Assembly (NCBI GenBank): GCA_031370005.1
Contig: JANMPT010000003.1
Location: 32,987-96,986, forward strand
Source: Bdellovibrionales bacterium
Lineage (GTDB): Bacteria; Bdellovibrionota; Bdellovibrionia; Bdellovibrionales; Bdellovibrionaceae
Direction: 5' to 3'
DNA length: 64,000 nucleotides
Below, piece after piece: positions 17,829-28,026 of the stretch. Each line of letters opens with the position of its first letter. Within the stretch, counting starts at the first letter, position 1. The notes beneath the pieces were generated by a model. The model was not told the origin of the DNA and did not search any database. It saw only the letters and a list, made by a program, of their open reading frames with translations. Made by a program: the position numbers and the translations under genes.

Positions 17829-18271
17829 ACGTTTTATCTTTGGCCAGTGCTTTCAACCCCGGTTCTGATCTCTGGATTGTTCCTGATTCAAACAACTGCC
17901 GCTGGACGCATAAACTCGATTGGTATTTAAATTTTCAAATAATAAAAAACCAAAGGCATCTCAGCCCTGAAACTCGCAACTTTACAAAGCTTATTCAAAA
18001 AGATACTGGACTTGAAGTGTATGAGCACACTATACCCAAAAATACTCCTTTAATGATAACATCTGAACCCTTCTTTCCTAATAAATGGGTGGTCGTAGTG
18101 CCTATGGCTGCAAGTTTTTCGACTTGGGTGCACGAAGCATCAAATATCTGGGAGAATCTGAAACACCCTTCTTTAAGAGTTTTTCTTCCAACTGGACAAA
18201 ATGCTGGGTCCTTCAACAAAGAGTGGCAGAATCACCATAGCTTCGAAGATTTCACACTCGTGCTTGATTAA
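17825..18271 (+). CDS. Hypothetical protein
   Basis: ATGA-coupled to nusB; 148 aa. Confidence 0.7.
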   Translation: MNVLSLASAFNPGSDLWIVPDSNNCRWTHKLDWYLNFQIIKNQRHLSPETRNFTKLIQKDTGLEVYEHTIPKNTPLMITSEPFFPNKWVVVVPMAASFSTWVHEASNIWENLKHPSLRVFLPTGQNAGSFNKEWQNHHSFEDFTLVLD

Positions 18272-18298
18272 TCTCCTCAAACTTGAGGAAATAATTAA

Positions 18299-18835
18299 AT
18301 GAACATCATTACACACCTCCAAAAGCGCATTGAGTCCATCCTTGATCACGACCCTGACGTACCCCGTGACGAAGTTCTTCTTGCAATGAAAAGCTTTGAA
18401 GCTCTCACTGACCCCCACTTACTTCGTGGACTTTCGGAAGGTCTACCACAAAACAGCACTGACAAAGCCGTCATTCTTTTTTCGCGTTTGGCTCTTTTTT
18501 TCGATGCCGGCGTCTTTCTTGAATCTGATAAAAATCTTTGGGAGCCTCAGGCTCACTTTCATCGCGGACACATATACATCCCTAAAAGCTCGCAAAAAAA
18601 GTCAATCTCACTTCCAAATATAGATTTGATGACTGTTCTTCGTACTGACGCCAAACCTATTTTTCAGAAATTGAACTTACAACACTTTGATACAGAAACC
18701 GGAACGGCTTGTTTATTCTTAAGGCCTGGGACGGATTTTTCTTTTTTACTTTTCTCTTCCTTGCCTGATCTTTGGTTAAAAGAACATATCCGCCTTGTGA
18801 CTGAGACGATTCGCCGCGGAATTAACAACGAATGA
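18299..18835 (+). CDS. Hypothetical protein
   Basis: Operonic, ATGA overlap with the next gene. Confidence 0.7.
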   Translation: MNIITHLQKRIESILDHDPDVPRDEVLLAMKSFEALTDPHLLRGLSEGLPQNSTDKAVILFSRLALFFDAGVFLESDKNLWEPQAHFHRGHIYIPKSSQKKSISLPNIDLMTVLRTDAKPIFQKLNLQHFDTETGTACLFLRPGTDFSFLLFSSLPDLWLKEHIRLVTETIRRGINNE

Positions 18836-19665
18836 CAACATGGACAATTTATATTCTTTCTGACGGAACTGGCGAAACAGCCGCAACCATGATTCGCGCT
18901 GCTCTGGTTCAATATACCAATAAAGATATCAATATCATCCGCTGCAAAAATGTTCGTAGCGATGCTCAAGTCGAAGCCATTATTGAAGAATGCTTCGAAC
19001 TCCGTGGTTTTATTGTCTATACAGTCGCGGGCCCAAGCATGCGTAAGAAAATTCATGAGCTTTCCAGCGCTAAGGGCCTTCCCTCTTTTGATCTACTTGG
19101 ACCCTTGCTAAATACTCTTGATAATTTCTTTGGTGACGCAAACACCAGCACCGTAAATGTTCTTCGCACCGTTGATGAAACTTATTTCAAACGCATTGAA
19201 GCCATCGAGTATACTGTAAAACATGATGATGGCAAAACCTTGAGTCATCTTGACAAAGCGGACATCGTATTGGTGGGCATTAGCCGCACAAGTAAAACAC
19301 CGCTTTCAATTTTTCTCAGTCACAAGGGTTGGAAAGTCGCCAATGTCCCAATGGTATTAAATACCCCTCTCCCAGAAGAACTTTTCAAAATCGATCAGCG
19401 ACGCGTTGTAGGATTAATTATCGACATCGAAAGCCTTCATCGAATTCGTAAAAACAGACTTGAAAAATTCGGTCAGGATCCCGGCGGTGAATACGCCTCG
19501 ATCTCTCACATCATGAAAGAGATCGAATATGCGCACGAAATTTTTAAGCAAAACAAGCGCTGGCCCGTTTTTAATGTCACAGAACGTGCTCTTGAGGAAA
19601 CCGCCGGCGAGATTGTCAGAATTATTTCGGCACGTTTAGGGCTTCCGGACTCAGTGCTGTTTTAG
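18832..19665 (+). CDS. PPDK/PEP synthase regulatory kinase-pyrophosphorylase (DUF299)
   Basis: SDGTGETA, HDDG, GISRTSKTPLS, ANVP. Confidence 0.94.
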   Translation: MTTWTIYILSDGTGETAATMIRAALVQYTNKDINIIRCKNVRSDAQVEAIIEECFELRGFIVYTVAGPSMRKKIHELSSAKGLPSFDLLGPLLNTLDNFFGDANTSTVNVLRTVDETYFKRIEAIEYTVKHDDGKTLSHLDKADIVLVGISRTSKTPLSIFLSHKGWKVANVPMVLNTPLPEELFKIDQRRVVGLIIDIESLHRIRKNRLEKFGQDPGGEYASISHIMKEIEYAHEIFKQNKRWPVFNVTERALEETAGEIVRIISARLGLPDSVLF

Positions 19666-20119
19666 AAAAACAAATTTGAGCTACGCTATATGCATCACTA
19701 AAAACTTCTGGATGGACAAAGCTGGTGCGCATGGGCCAGAAAATCTGAAGCTTATCCTTGGCGCTGAGATCACAAAACCCTGTGGAAACATAGCAGTCAA
19801 CATGACTGCTAAATGATTTTTTTTTGATTTCACCGCAGGTCCTTGCAGCAGTGTCATTGATTGCCTCAAGCTTCTTCATCAAGCAAACTCGAACTTTGCG
19901 AAGCCATGCGTGAGCTTCTGGTGAATAACTCTGCTCAGTATTTAGATAAACTTGACAGAATTTAAAACCAAAACCCAATGGATACCCCTTAGGTCCGCAC
20001 CGATAATTCTTCTCTTCGCAAAGATAGTAGCCGCAGGACTCAACTTGTGGAGTGCATCTCTCAGCAAATGAAAGTATTGGAGCAAAAATAAATAAGATAA
20101 AATAAATAAAAAAATTCAC
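19622..20119 (-). CDS. Secreted Cys-rich hypothetical protein
   Basis: Signal peptide; CGYYLC...CGPKGYPLGFGFKFC...CL...C...FSSHVDCY..GFC. Confidence 0.75.
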   Translation of the reverse strand: MNFFIYFILFIFAPILSFAERCTPQVESCGYYLCEEKNYRCGPKGYPLGFGFKFCQVYLNTEQSYSPEAHAWLRKVRVCLMKKLEAINDTAARTCGEIKKKSFSSHVDCYVSTGFCDLSAKDKLQIFWPMRTSFVHPEVFSDAYSVAQICFSKTALSPEALNVPK

Positions 20120-20177
20120 AGCGTCTTTTTAATCAACTTTGCTTGCGCTGTCGAGAGGATATTCGGGCCTTAAGGAC

Positions 20178-21083
20178 CTAAGCCTTCTCCTGTGTCGCAA
20201 TAGTTTGATAGAGGATCTCTGCCAACTGACGAGCCTCAGAAGTCTTACGAAAGTAGTAAGTCATATCGATTTCATAGTGAAATTCTTTCACATGGACGTG
20301 ATGTAAGCGCCCCGAACGCACTTGTTTGCGGATAGAGTGGGCCGGTAAAAATCCCCAGCCAAGGCCCGACTCGATGACGCGTTTAAGTGTACCAACATTT
20401 GAGGATTCAAAAATCAACTTTGGACTAACTCCTGAATTGCTCAATAATTTTTGTAATTTTGCATTAAAGCCAGGAAACTCATCAACAAAATTTACTAGTG
20501 GAAAGCGGCTAAGTTCTTTTGCTGCAATTTGTGATGGCACATCCGTTTCTTTGCCGGAGACCACTAACCACATCTCTTCTTTTAAAAGAAACTTTTCTTC
20601 AATATTATCAAGCTCAATCCCAAACTCTTCTTGCAGCTGAGGCAAAATTAGAACATCGAAATTACCTTTTTTAAAGCTCTTCACTAAGTCTTCACCCGGC
20701 TTGTAGTCAACTTTGATTTGTAAATCAGGATTATGACGCATTAAACGTCCCATTATCGGACTCATGATATGAAGACCTATAGAGTTCAGGGTTCCAATAC
20801 GAATTTGACCCTTAAGCTCTGCGCCAATAGATTTAATTGCAATCTCGGTCTGCTGAGCAAGCTGAAGAATTTTACGTGCCTGTTCATACAGGACCTCGCC
20901 TTGAGGACTGGCTTTAATTTGTCTGACTCCGCGAACTAAGAGTTCGACTCCTAGATCTTCCTCCAGATTTCGAATCTGCTGACTTACGGCTGGTTGAGTC
21001 AGGTAAAGCTTATCTGCTGCGGCAGTCATGCTGCCTTCGCTAATAACAGTTACGAAAGTCGTCAGCTGATAAAGGTTCATCAT
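20178..21083 (-). CDS. LysR-family transcriptional regulator
   Basis: GSMTAAADKLYLTQPAVSQQIRNLEEDLG. Confidence 0.96.
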   Translation of the reverse strand: MMNLYQLTTFVTVISEGSMTAAADKLYLTQPAVSQQIRNLEEDLGVELLVRGVRQIKASPQGEVLYEQARKILQLAQQTEIAIKSIGAELKGQIRIGTLNSIGLHIMSPIMGRLMRHNPDLQIKVDYKPGEDLVKSFKKGNFDVLILPQLQEEFGIELDNIEEKFLLKEEMWLVVSGKETDVPSQIAAKELSRFPLVNFVDEFPGFNAKLQKLLSNSGVSPKLIFESSNVGTLKRVIESGLGWGFLPAHSIRKQVRSGRLHHVHVKEFHYEIDMTYYFRKTSEARQLAEILYQTIATQEKA

Positions 21084-21154
21084 GGGTTTTTCTCCTTTGA
21101 TCAGAAGAAATTAATTAACTATACTATGCTATAACCACAAATGAGGTTCCAAAC

Positions 21155-21892
21155 ATGAAATGTCAATTTCTCAAATATCCTCTGATTACTTTGCTATCCA
21201 TCCTACTCACAAGTTTTGCCAACGCCAAATCTTTTCGTAATGCTTATATCTCCTTTGAACTTCCTCAATCCTGGAATTGCAACCTCGAACAAACCGAATG
21301 GGTCTGTCGTAGCGAAAGCACAAAGGAGTCCAAGGAAGCAATTATCATTTTAACTGCTAAGGAAATTGGTCCGACAGATTCTCTACAGTCATATGAATCC
21401 CACTTAAATAACCCCATCACTTTGAATTTGAAAACCGGCGGGACATCAGAGTCAAAAATAGTATACAAAGCCAAAACAGTTCAAATCAACGACCAGGCTT
21501 GGATCGATGGCCTACATATGGGCAGCGAAGTCCCAAACTACTTCACTCGTTATCTTGCCACTCTCAAAGGTCGCATTGCTGTTCTTGTGACCTTTAGTGC
21601 GCACAAACAGTTTTATACAAAATATAGTCAGGATTTCTTTAAAGCTGTCATGAGCCTACGAGCGATTGAAACTAAAAATCTCATTAATAATCCTGAAATC
21701 CGTCCTGGCAATGGCACACTAGGACCTGGCAGCTTTCAGGACAAAATGCCCATAGATATGATCAATTCAGATGACCTCCAAGCAAATGGAGGCGGGGGCC
21801 GGGGCTCCAGTAAGATGATGCTTTTAGGGATCGCATTAATCTTGGCCGCAGCCGGTTTATATATCTTCCTCAAGAAGAAACAAAAAAAATAG
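21155..21892 (+). CDS. Exported hypothetical protein with a C-terminal membrane anchor
   Basis: Signal peptide; GGGGRG linker, TM helix and KKKQKK tail. Confidence 0.75.
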   Translation: MKCQFLKYPLITLLSILLTSFANAKSFRNAYISFELPQSWNCNLEQTEWVCRSESTKESKEAIIILTAKEIGPTDSLQSYESHLNNPITLNLKTGGTSESKIVYKAKTVQINDQAWIDGLHMGSEVPNYFTRYLATLKGRIAVLVTFSAHKQFYTKYSQDFFKAVMSLRAIETKNLINNPEIRPGNGTLGPGSFQDKMPIDMINSDDLQANGGGGRGSSKMMLLGIALILAAAGLYIFLKKKQKK

Positions 21893-21909
21893 ACAGAAAA
21901 AGGTCCCGT

Positions 21910-23343
21910 TTACTTTAATTTTTCTATGACCAGATTGTATTTGCTCAACTGATCAGCGACCTTCTTTTCGTCAGCGTAAACTAGCACTCGCAGGTTTTTC
22001 GCATCAAGGTGTTTTTGGATCGCTAGATTGACGTCACTTAATGATAGGGCTTCAACATTTTTCATGAAATCTTGCAAATAACTAAGCGAAACTCCATAAA
22101 AATTCAAAACTAAAATATTGTATGCCAGGAGATCCGCAGTTTCGATCGCCCGAGGAAATTGGCCCATCATTTGCTCTTTCGAGGCCTTCAATTCTGCTTC
22201 TGTTATTCCTTTTTTCACAAAATCAGTGAAGATTTTTAGGCTCTCATCCACGGTTTTCCCCACAGTATCATTTTTTGTGAAGGTACTGATCACAAAGGGG
22301 CCACGATCTATACGGGAATCAAAGTAAGAATATATGGAATAGGTGAGCCCTAAGTTGTCGCGAATGTGCTGATTCAAACGACTTCCAAACTCCCCACCCA
22401 GAGCCACGTTTGCAAGGCGTAGCTTTAAAAAATCTGGATCAATGCGGCGAATTCCGTACTCGCCAATACGAATTTGAGCCTGCTGCAAACCTGGCTTACT
22501 AACAAGCTTCACCTCTATGCCTTGAATAGGCTTTAGCTCGCGAACTGCAAATTCTTTAATTGGTTTTTCCGTCCACTTTTTAAAAATATCAGATACTTTC
22601 GCTTCAAAATCTTTGTTAAATCGCCCCACAACCGCCAATTCAGCATTATTTGGGCGGTAATTATTCAAGTAATGACGAATAGCATCTTGTTTCCTGATTT
22701 TTTTAATAGAGACAGGGGTTCCCATAATGTCATTTGCATAAGGATGACCTTTGTAAAGGAACTCATCAAAAGCATCATTGGCAAAGCTTGAAGGATTATC
22801 GATTTTCTTTTGCAGCTGTGCGATCACCTGAGATTTCGTACGGACCACCTCAACGTCCAAAAAGGCTGGATTCATAATGATATCAGAGTATAAATCTAAA
22901 AGCTTAACTGCAGAGTTCGACAAAGAATCCATGGAAATAATGGTAAAATCATTTCCAGGATCAATCCCAATCTCCGTCCCCAAATTGCCCAGTTCATCCG
23001 CCAATACTGTTGCACTTTTGGACTGAGTGCCTTCCGCAAGAAGCCGGGAGGTTAAACCATTAACTCCCTCTTTCCCCTTGGGATCTTGGCGAGCTCCCAC
23101 CTTCACAAGCATCGTCATGCTCACTCGTGGCAAAGAATTGTCAGTAATAAAAATAATCTTAAGACCATTTTCTAATTGCACCTCACGCATTGGGCGAAGT
23201 TTAAACTGACTTGTCGTCACGACGGGGGCTGCAGAAACTTTATCTGCTTTCACGATTTCTGTTTTCTTTCCTGGGGCGATACAACCCGCTAAAAAAACAC
23301 CAACAAGTAAACTCAATATGATTCTCATTTGAAACTTTCCCAT
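21910..23343 (-). CDS. M16 peptidase, non-catalytic subunit (lipoprotein)
   Basis: LENGL, LGGEFGSRL...R.NLGLTY; lacks HxxEH; LAGC lipobox. Confidence 0.9.
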   Translation of the reverse strand: MGKFQMRIILSLLVGVFLAGCIAPGKKTEIVKADKVSAAPVVTTSQFKLRPMREVQLENGLKIIFITDNSLPRVSMTMLVKVGARQDPKGKEGVNGLTSRLLAEGTQSKSATVLADELGNLGTEIGIDPGNDFTIISMDSLSNSAVKLLDLYSDIIMNPAFLDVEVVRTKSQVIAQLQKKIDNPSSFANDAFDEFLYKGHPYANDIMGTPVSIKKIRKQDAIRHYLNNYRPNNAELAVVGRFNKDFEAKVSDIFKKWTEKPIKEFAVRELKPIQGIEVKLVSKPGLQQAQIRIGEYGIRRIDPDFLKLRLANVALGGEFGSRLNQHIRDNLGLTYSIYSYFDSRIDRGPFVISTFTKNDTVGKTVDESLKIFTDFVKKGITEAELKASKEQMMGQFPRAIETADLLAYNILVLNFYGVSLSYLQDFMKNVEALSLSDVNLAIQKHLDAKNLRVLVYADEKKVADQLSKYNLVIEKLK

Positions 23344-23345
23344 GG

Positions 23346-24680
23346 TTATTCCTTTTTCCCTTTGGGCTCTAAAACAACAATCGATCTTTGATTTTGATTC
23401 AGATATTTATTCGAGACGTCTTTAATCTGCTCCGCCGTCACCGCATTGTATTTATCAAGATCTTTAAAGAGGTTCTCATAGGAACCCGTCATTATCTCAT
23501 TTACGGCCAAGGCACGAGCCTTCCCATCAATAGTGGCTAAACCATCAACCAACTCTTTCATCACTTGAGTCTTTGCTTTCATAAGCTCTTCACTTGTCAC
23601 AAGCTTGTTACGCATCTTCCAGATTTCTTGATAAACCAAATCCAGACTTTCCTGCATTGGCATATGGGGCTTCAAATTCACACCTACAGCAAAAACACCT
23701 TGATCTTGCATTGTTGTATCATAGGCATAGGCCGAAGTTGCAGATTGCTTGGTATAGACCAAATGTTTGTAAAGGCGGCTTGATGAACCATTGCCAAGAA
23801 TATTTGCTGCAAGATCCAAAGCATACATATCAGGATGAGCGTTTGGCACCCCGTCATAAGCTACCGTAAAAGAAATCCCCTGAACGTCCTTTCTAACTGT
23901 GGCATTCCGTTGAACGTCCTGAGTCGCTTCACGGGGATATTCGCGGCGAGGCAAGGGTCTGGAGGCAATCGGGCCATAATACTTTTCAATCAATCGCTTA
24001 GCCTCAGGTATTTTAAAATCACCTACCAAAACGAGGACCGCATTGTTCGGCACATAATAAATACTATGAAAATTCCTAAGTGTTTCTATCTTGTAATCAG
24101 AAATGTCCTTCATTGTACCAATAACAGGCCAGCGGTAATTCGAGGTCTTAAAAACCGTCCCCATCACTGTTTCCATTAAAAGTCCCATTGGATTGTTATC
24201 AACCCGCCATCTGCGCTCTTCCTTCACCACTTCTCGCTCACTCTGAAGATCCCCAGGGTTTAGATTGAGGTTGCTCATTCGATCAACCTCAATCTCCATC
24301 ATCATCTCGAGCTTTGAACTTGGTAAACTTTCATAGAAACCCGTATAGTCATAGGTGGTAAAGGCATTATTAACAATTCCATTTTCATGAAGAATACGAT
24401 CAAACAATTTACCTGGATATTTCTTTGATCCCTTAAACATCATATGCTCTAGCATATGGGCCGAACCAGTGATCCCAGGTGACTCATCGCGAGAGCCGAC
24501 TTTATACCAGGTATGGTAGGAAATCAGAGGAACTGAGTGATCTTCATATAGCAAAACAGTCAGGCCATTTTGCAACTTATACTTGGTCACGGGAAAATTG
24601 ATTTTTAGACTGTCCCTCTCTTGGCCGTGAGCTAGAGATGTTATAAACAGAAACAAAACGGAAAAAATAAGTTGTTTCAT
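23346..24680 (-). CDS. M16 zinc peptidase, catalytic subunit
   Basis: VGSRDE...AHMLEHMMFKG, NAFT. Confidence 0.95.
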   Translation of the reverse strand: MKQLIFSVLFLFITSLAHGQERDSLKINFPVTKYKLQNGLTVLLYEDHSVPLISYHTWYKVGSRDESPGITGSAHMLEHMMFKGSKKYPGKLFDRILHENGIVNNAFTTYDYTGFYESLPSSKLEMMMEIEVDRMSNLNLNPGDLQSEREVVKEERRWRVDNNPMGLLMETVMGTVFKTSNYRWPVIGTMKDISDYKIETLRNFHSIYYVPNNAVLVLVGDFKIPEAKRLIEKYYGPIASRPLPRREYPREATQDVQRNATVRKDVQGISFTVAYDGVPNAHPDMYALDLAANILGNGSSSRLYKHLVYTKQSATSAYAYDTTMQDQGVFAVGVNLKPHMPMQESLDLVYQEIWKMRNKLVTSEELMKAKTQVMKELVDGLATIDGKARALAVNEIMTGSYENLFKDLDKYNAVTAEQIKDVSNKYLNQNQRSIVVLEPKGKKE

Positions 24681-24746
24681 AGATGAACTCCCAATAATCC
24701 ACTTATTGTAGGAGGTCCCCTATTAAAGGCAATATATTTAGTCAGT

Positions 24747-25259
24747 CTATTGAACAATAAAATCCGAAAAGAAAACGTCTTTCACAATACCATCACTGAG
24801 CACACTGTTCACTTCCATTGCGATTGTATCCTTCAAAAAAAGCTTCCCCTGGATGCTCTCAAGCTCCGAAAAAGTTTTATCATTTAATACGCGCACAATC
24901 TTATCACGAGCTTTGGCTCGGCTATCTGGACTCATAATCTCTTCATAGCCCTCTTTGCCGAGCATTTGTAAACTAACCTCAAGGCGGATGGTTCTCTTAG
25001 GCTCTCCCCCTAAGTTCACGGTAAATTTGTCCATTGTGAAAATATATGGAGCATAGCGCTCATCCTCGGACTTTGACGCCATATCGGACTGCAACATATC
25101 TTCGGTAATCTTTGGACTCTGCCAAGCTATAGTTGAAGCATAGACTAAATAGGCACCCCCGCCAATGACCCCTAGGTTCAGAAGGGCAAAGACCGCAGTT
25201 AAAATTAGGCCTAGGTTTTTTGGCTTTGCTGGAGGCTGTTCTTGTTTATCACTTGCCAT
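24747..25259 (-). CDS. fliL: Flagellar basal body-associated protein FliL
   Basis: Single TM, FTVNL, GKLFLK, VFFSDFIVQ. Confidence 0.92.
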   Translation of the reverse strand: MASDKQEQPPAKPKNLGLILTAVFALLNLGVIGGGAYLVYASTIAWQSPKITEDMLQSDMASKSEDERYAPYIFTMDKFTVNLGGEPKRTIRLEVSLQMLGKEGYEEIMSPDSRAKARDKIVRVLNDKTFSELESIQGKLFLKDTIAMEVNSVLSDGIVKDVFFSDFIVQ

Positions 25260-25281
25260 AAAATCCTCGTTTCATATGACT

Positions 25282-25308
25282 CTATCGGCTTTCGTGACCT
25301 TGGTCTTA
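25282..25308 (-). promoter_or_regulatory. sigma28 (FliA) promoter of fliL
   Basis: TAAG-N15-GCCGATAG versus consensus TAAA-N15-GCCGATAA. Confidence 0.7.
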
Positions 25309-25428
25309 AGAACCTTAGGCCTGTTTTATTAAAAAAATTTGATATATTTTGTCGAAGCCTTAAACAGTCCTGGTTCTTTACTGCTGAGTATTGACAAGAT
25401 GGAGCAGAATTCTTTCTAATAGAGATAT

Positions 25429-26454
25429 ATGATCAGAAAACTCTACGCCGGGATTATCTCCCGCATTGCTGTCAGTGCTTTTTTGGGACTCACCACTTCA
25501 TTGGCTTTTGCTATTGATGAGCAACCCGCATCTCAAAATACATCTCAAAATAAGACAGGAACCGAGCTCCTCCCCTCTGATCTTTTGCAAATTTCTAATA
25601 CGGACGCTTTTAGTAAATACGTTTTTTTGGTCGACAAAACAGAACGCCATCTCCAAGTTTTTGAGCGCAAAGGCGAGACCATTGAAAAAATCCTCGACGT
25701 GCCGTCCGATATGGGAAAAAATGTCGGCAACAAAATCAAACGTGACGACGCCCGCACCCCTGAGGGAATTTACTTTTTTGAGAAAAAATTAAATCAGCCA
25801 GAAATTCCATTCCGCTTATATGGTGAATTGGCCTTCACCACAGATTACCCAAATATCTTTGATCGCCGTGAAAGCAAAACAGGATCTGGGATCTGGCTTC
25901 ATGCCGTTCCAGATACTGTGCCATTAACTCGAGGCTCACGTGGTTGCGTTGTGGTTCGCAACAACGTCATTAAAAAACTCAAAGAGTACATTAAGCTCAA
26001 AGAAACACCGATTTTGATTTTTGATAAGGTCAGCTATGTCCCTAAGGAGGAGCACGACAAGCGACGCATTGCTCTAAATACTTTTATCGAGGGCTGGAGA
26101 AACGCATGGCAGTCACAAAATATCGATGAGTACATGGCTTATTATGATCAAAATTTTAAAGCTCCTGGATATAATTACTCAAGCTGGCGGGAGCACAAAA
26201 ACAAGCTCAAAGATCAATATGAGTTTATCAAAGTTCAGCTTTCACAGCCTTTTTTACTTCTACATAAGGATCAATTGATCGTAAAAACTTTCCAAAAATA
26301 CCAATCAAACAACCATACGGACTTTGGAATAAAAACGCTATATGCGGTAAAGTCCGATTCAGGTTATAAAATTATTCGTGAGGAGTGGGTGCCGGTCCAT
26401 GAAAACCTAAGCTCTACCTCTACTACTGCCTCTGCCACCCCTAATGCTGACTAG
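25429..26454 (+). CDS. L,D-transpeptidase-family (YkuD) protein with an NTF2-like C-terminal domain
   Basis: DARTPEGIY, GIWLH...SRGCVV; W..AW...YMAYY C-domain. Confidence 0.9.
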   Translation: MIRKLYAGIISRIAVSAFLGLTTSLAFAIDEQPASQNTSQNKTGTELLPSDLLQISNTDAFSKYVFLVDKTERHLQVFERKGETIEKILDVPSDMGKNVGNKIKRDDARTPEGIYFFEKKLNQPEIPFRLYGELAFTTDYPNIFDRRESKTGSGIWLHAVPDTVPLTRGSRGCVVVRNNVIKKLKEYIKLKETPILIFDKVSYVPKEEHDKRRIALNTFIEGWRNAWQSQNIDEYMAYYDQNFKAPGYNYSSWREHKNKLKDQYEFIKVQLSQPFLLLHKDQLIVKTFQKYQSNNHTDFGIKTLYAVKSDSGYKIIREEWVPVHENLSSTSTTASATPNAD

Positions 26455-26626
26455 GCTCTTTATCAGAATCATCTTCAGAACCGGCAAGGTCAATATTGTG
26501 GCCCATGTCGGGAAGAGTTTTAAGGTGAGCCTCAAGCTCTTCTTTAGTGAGCTGTCCGTTGTCGATGTACCATTCGGTCAATCGCTTATCGAACTTCAGG
26601 TTTTTCATTGCTTTGTCTAAAGACAT
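26441..26626 (-). CDS. Small hypothetical protein
   Basis: AAGGAG RBS; FDKRL...EELEAHLKTLPD. Confidence 0.75.
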   Translation of the reverse strand: MSLDKAMKNLKFDKRLTEWYIDNGQLTKEELEAHLKTLPDMGHNIDLAGSEDDSDKEPSQH

Positions 26627-26665
26627 GAGAAGACTCCTTTTGAAGAATCACTTATATATAAGAAA

Positions 26666-27424
26666 TTAGTTCCAATATCTAGGACCATTATCTGATTTTT
26701 TCGAATTTTCATTATCCACTACTAGACGCAAATTGCGTCCCTTCTTCTTGCTCTTTTTAAGATTCTCATAGTTTTTCCAACGACTCATTAGTAATAGTGC
26801 CACATAACCTGATGCTAAGCCTCCAATATGAGCCAAGTAAGCGACCTCGCCACCGCTAATACCCGAGGTCAGCATCGAAGCGATCTGAATGCCCCCCATG
26901 ATCATAACGAAGTAGCGGGTTTTCATCGGAAAAAGCATGAAGAAGTAAATAATACGGTCTCCGAAAAGAATCCCCTGCGCCAGCATCAGGCCAAAAATAG
27001 CTCCCGAGGCACCAATTACTGGAATAATCAGACCTGTCTGCGATCCCGTGGCCACCGCATACCCGGCCATACCTAGGCAATAAAGCACAGCAGCACCCAC
27101 TCCGGTAAAGAGGTAGTAAAATAAAAAATATTTCCCACCCCAGCGCTGCTCGAGCTCAGCTCCAAAGAACCAAAGCATCAACATATTAAACAAAATATGC
27201 GTGATCTGCATGGAGTGCAGAAACATGTAGGTGAAGAGCTCCCAAATCTGAAACTGAAAAATCACTCGTGAGGGCACAAGGCTTAGAAAATTTGTGAACG
27301 GGACTTTAAAAAAGCCTTCCAATAAAACCTGGAAAGCAAACCAAATTGCAACATTGACTATAATTAACCATTTTACCACAGGAGTAAATGGAACTGCCAT
27401 GCTCATTTGTGATCCACGATTCAC
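26666..27424 (-). CDS. Rhomboid intramembrane serine protease
   Basis: HILFNM, GASG, AHIGG. Confidence 0.95.
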   Translation of the reverse strand: MNRGSQMSMAVPFTPVVKWLIIVNVAIWFAFQVLLEGFFKVPFTNFLSLVPSRVIFQFQIWELFTYMFLHSMQITHILFNMLMLWFFGAELEQRWGGKYFLFYYLFTGVGAAVLYCLGMAGYAVATGSQTGLIIPVIGASGAIFGLMLAQGILFGDRIIYFFMLFPMKTRYFVMIMGGIQIASMLTSGISGGEVAYLAHIGGLASGYVALLLMSRWKNYENLKKSKKKGRNLRLVVDNENSKKSDNGPRYWN

Positions 27425-27436
27425 AGTGATTCTCCT

Positions 27437-28018
27437 CTAAAACTTCCTACTAAAATACCCCAAAAAGCGATCGTACGTCTGCTCTAGACTTTCAACAACG
27501 ACTTTGGTCTCGGCGATAAGCGGAAAAAAGTTCAAGTCACCGGACCAACGGGGAATCACGTGATAGTGAAGGTGATTGGGAATCCCAGCTCCCGCCACTG
27601 CCCCGTGATTCAGCCCCACGTTCACCCCACCGGGCTGATAAATGTCCTGCAGGGCTTTCATTGCCAAACGCAAAGTATCGTGCAAGTCATAATGCGCCTC
27701 TTTACTAAGTGCCAAGAGATCCCCCTGATGCTTAAGTGGAATCACCAATAAGTGACCGCTATTATATGGGTATTTATTTAAAACAATCATACAGTGCTTT
27801 GTTTTATAAACACAAAGGGTGTCAAATGAAGTCTCGTTTTTAGCCGCTTTACAAAAGACACATGCTTCGGGCTTAATCAGCTTGCGAACATACTTGAAGC
27901 GATCCGGGCGAAATAAAACATCTCTTTCGAGGGGCCAAAGATCCTTCGACATCTTCAAAAACAACTCCGGCTCTTTGGCTTTCTTTTTCTTTTTTTGAGG
28001 GAGCTTCTTCTCTGCCAA
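27437..28018 (-). CDS. HIT-family hydrolase
   Basis: CVFC, NKYPYNSGH, HLHYHVIPRW. Start uncertain (TTG at 28018 or ATG at 27952). Confidence 0.92.
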   Translation of the reverse strand: MAEKKLPQKKKKKAKEPELFLKMSKDLWPLERDVLFRPDRFKYVRKLIKPEACVFCKAAKNETSFDTLCVYKTKHCMIVLNKYPYNSGHLLVIPLKHQGDLLALSKEAHYDLHDTLRLAMKALQDIYQPGGVNVGLNHGAVAGAGIPNHLHYHVIPRWSGDLNFFPLIAETKVVVESLEQTYDRFLGYFSRKF

Positions 28019-28026
28019 AAAAACCC

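Noticed and set aside
21910..24680. M16 peptidase lacking HxxEH as a novelty
   Set aside because: Active plus inactive M16 subunit pairs are well known.
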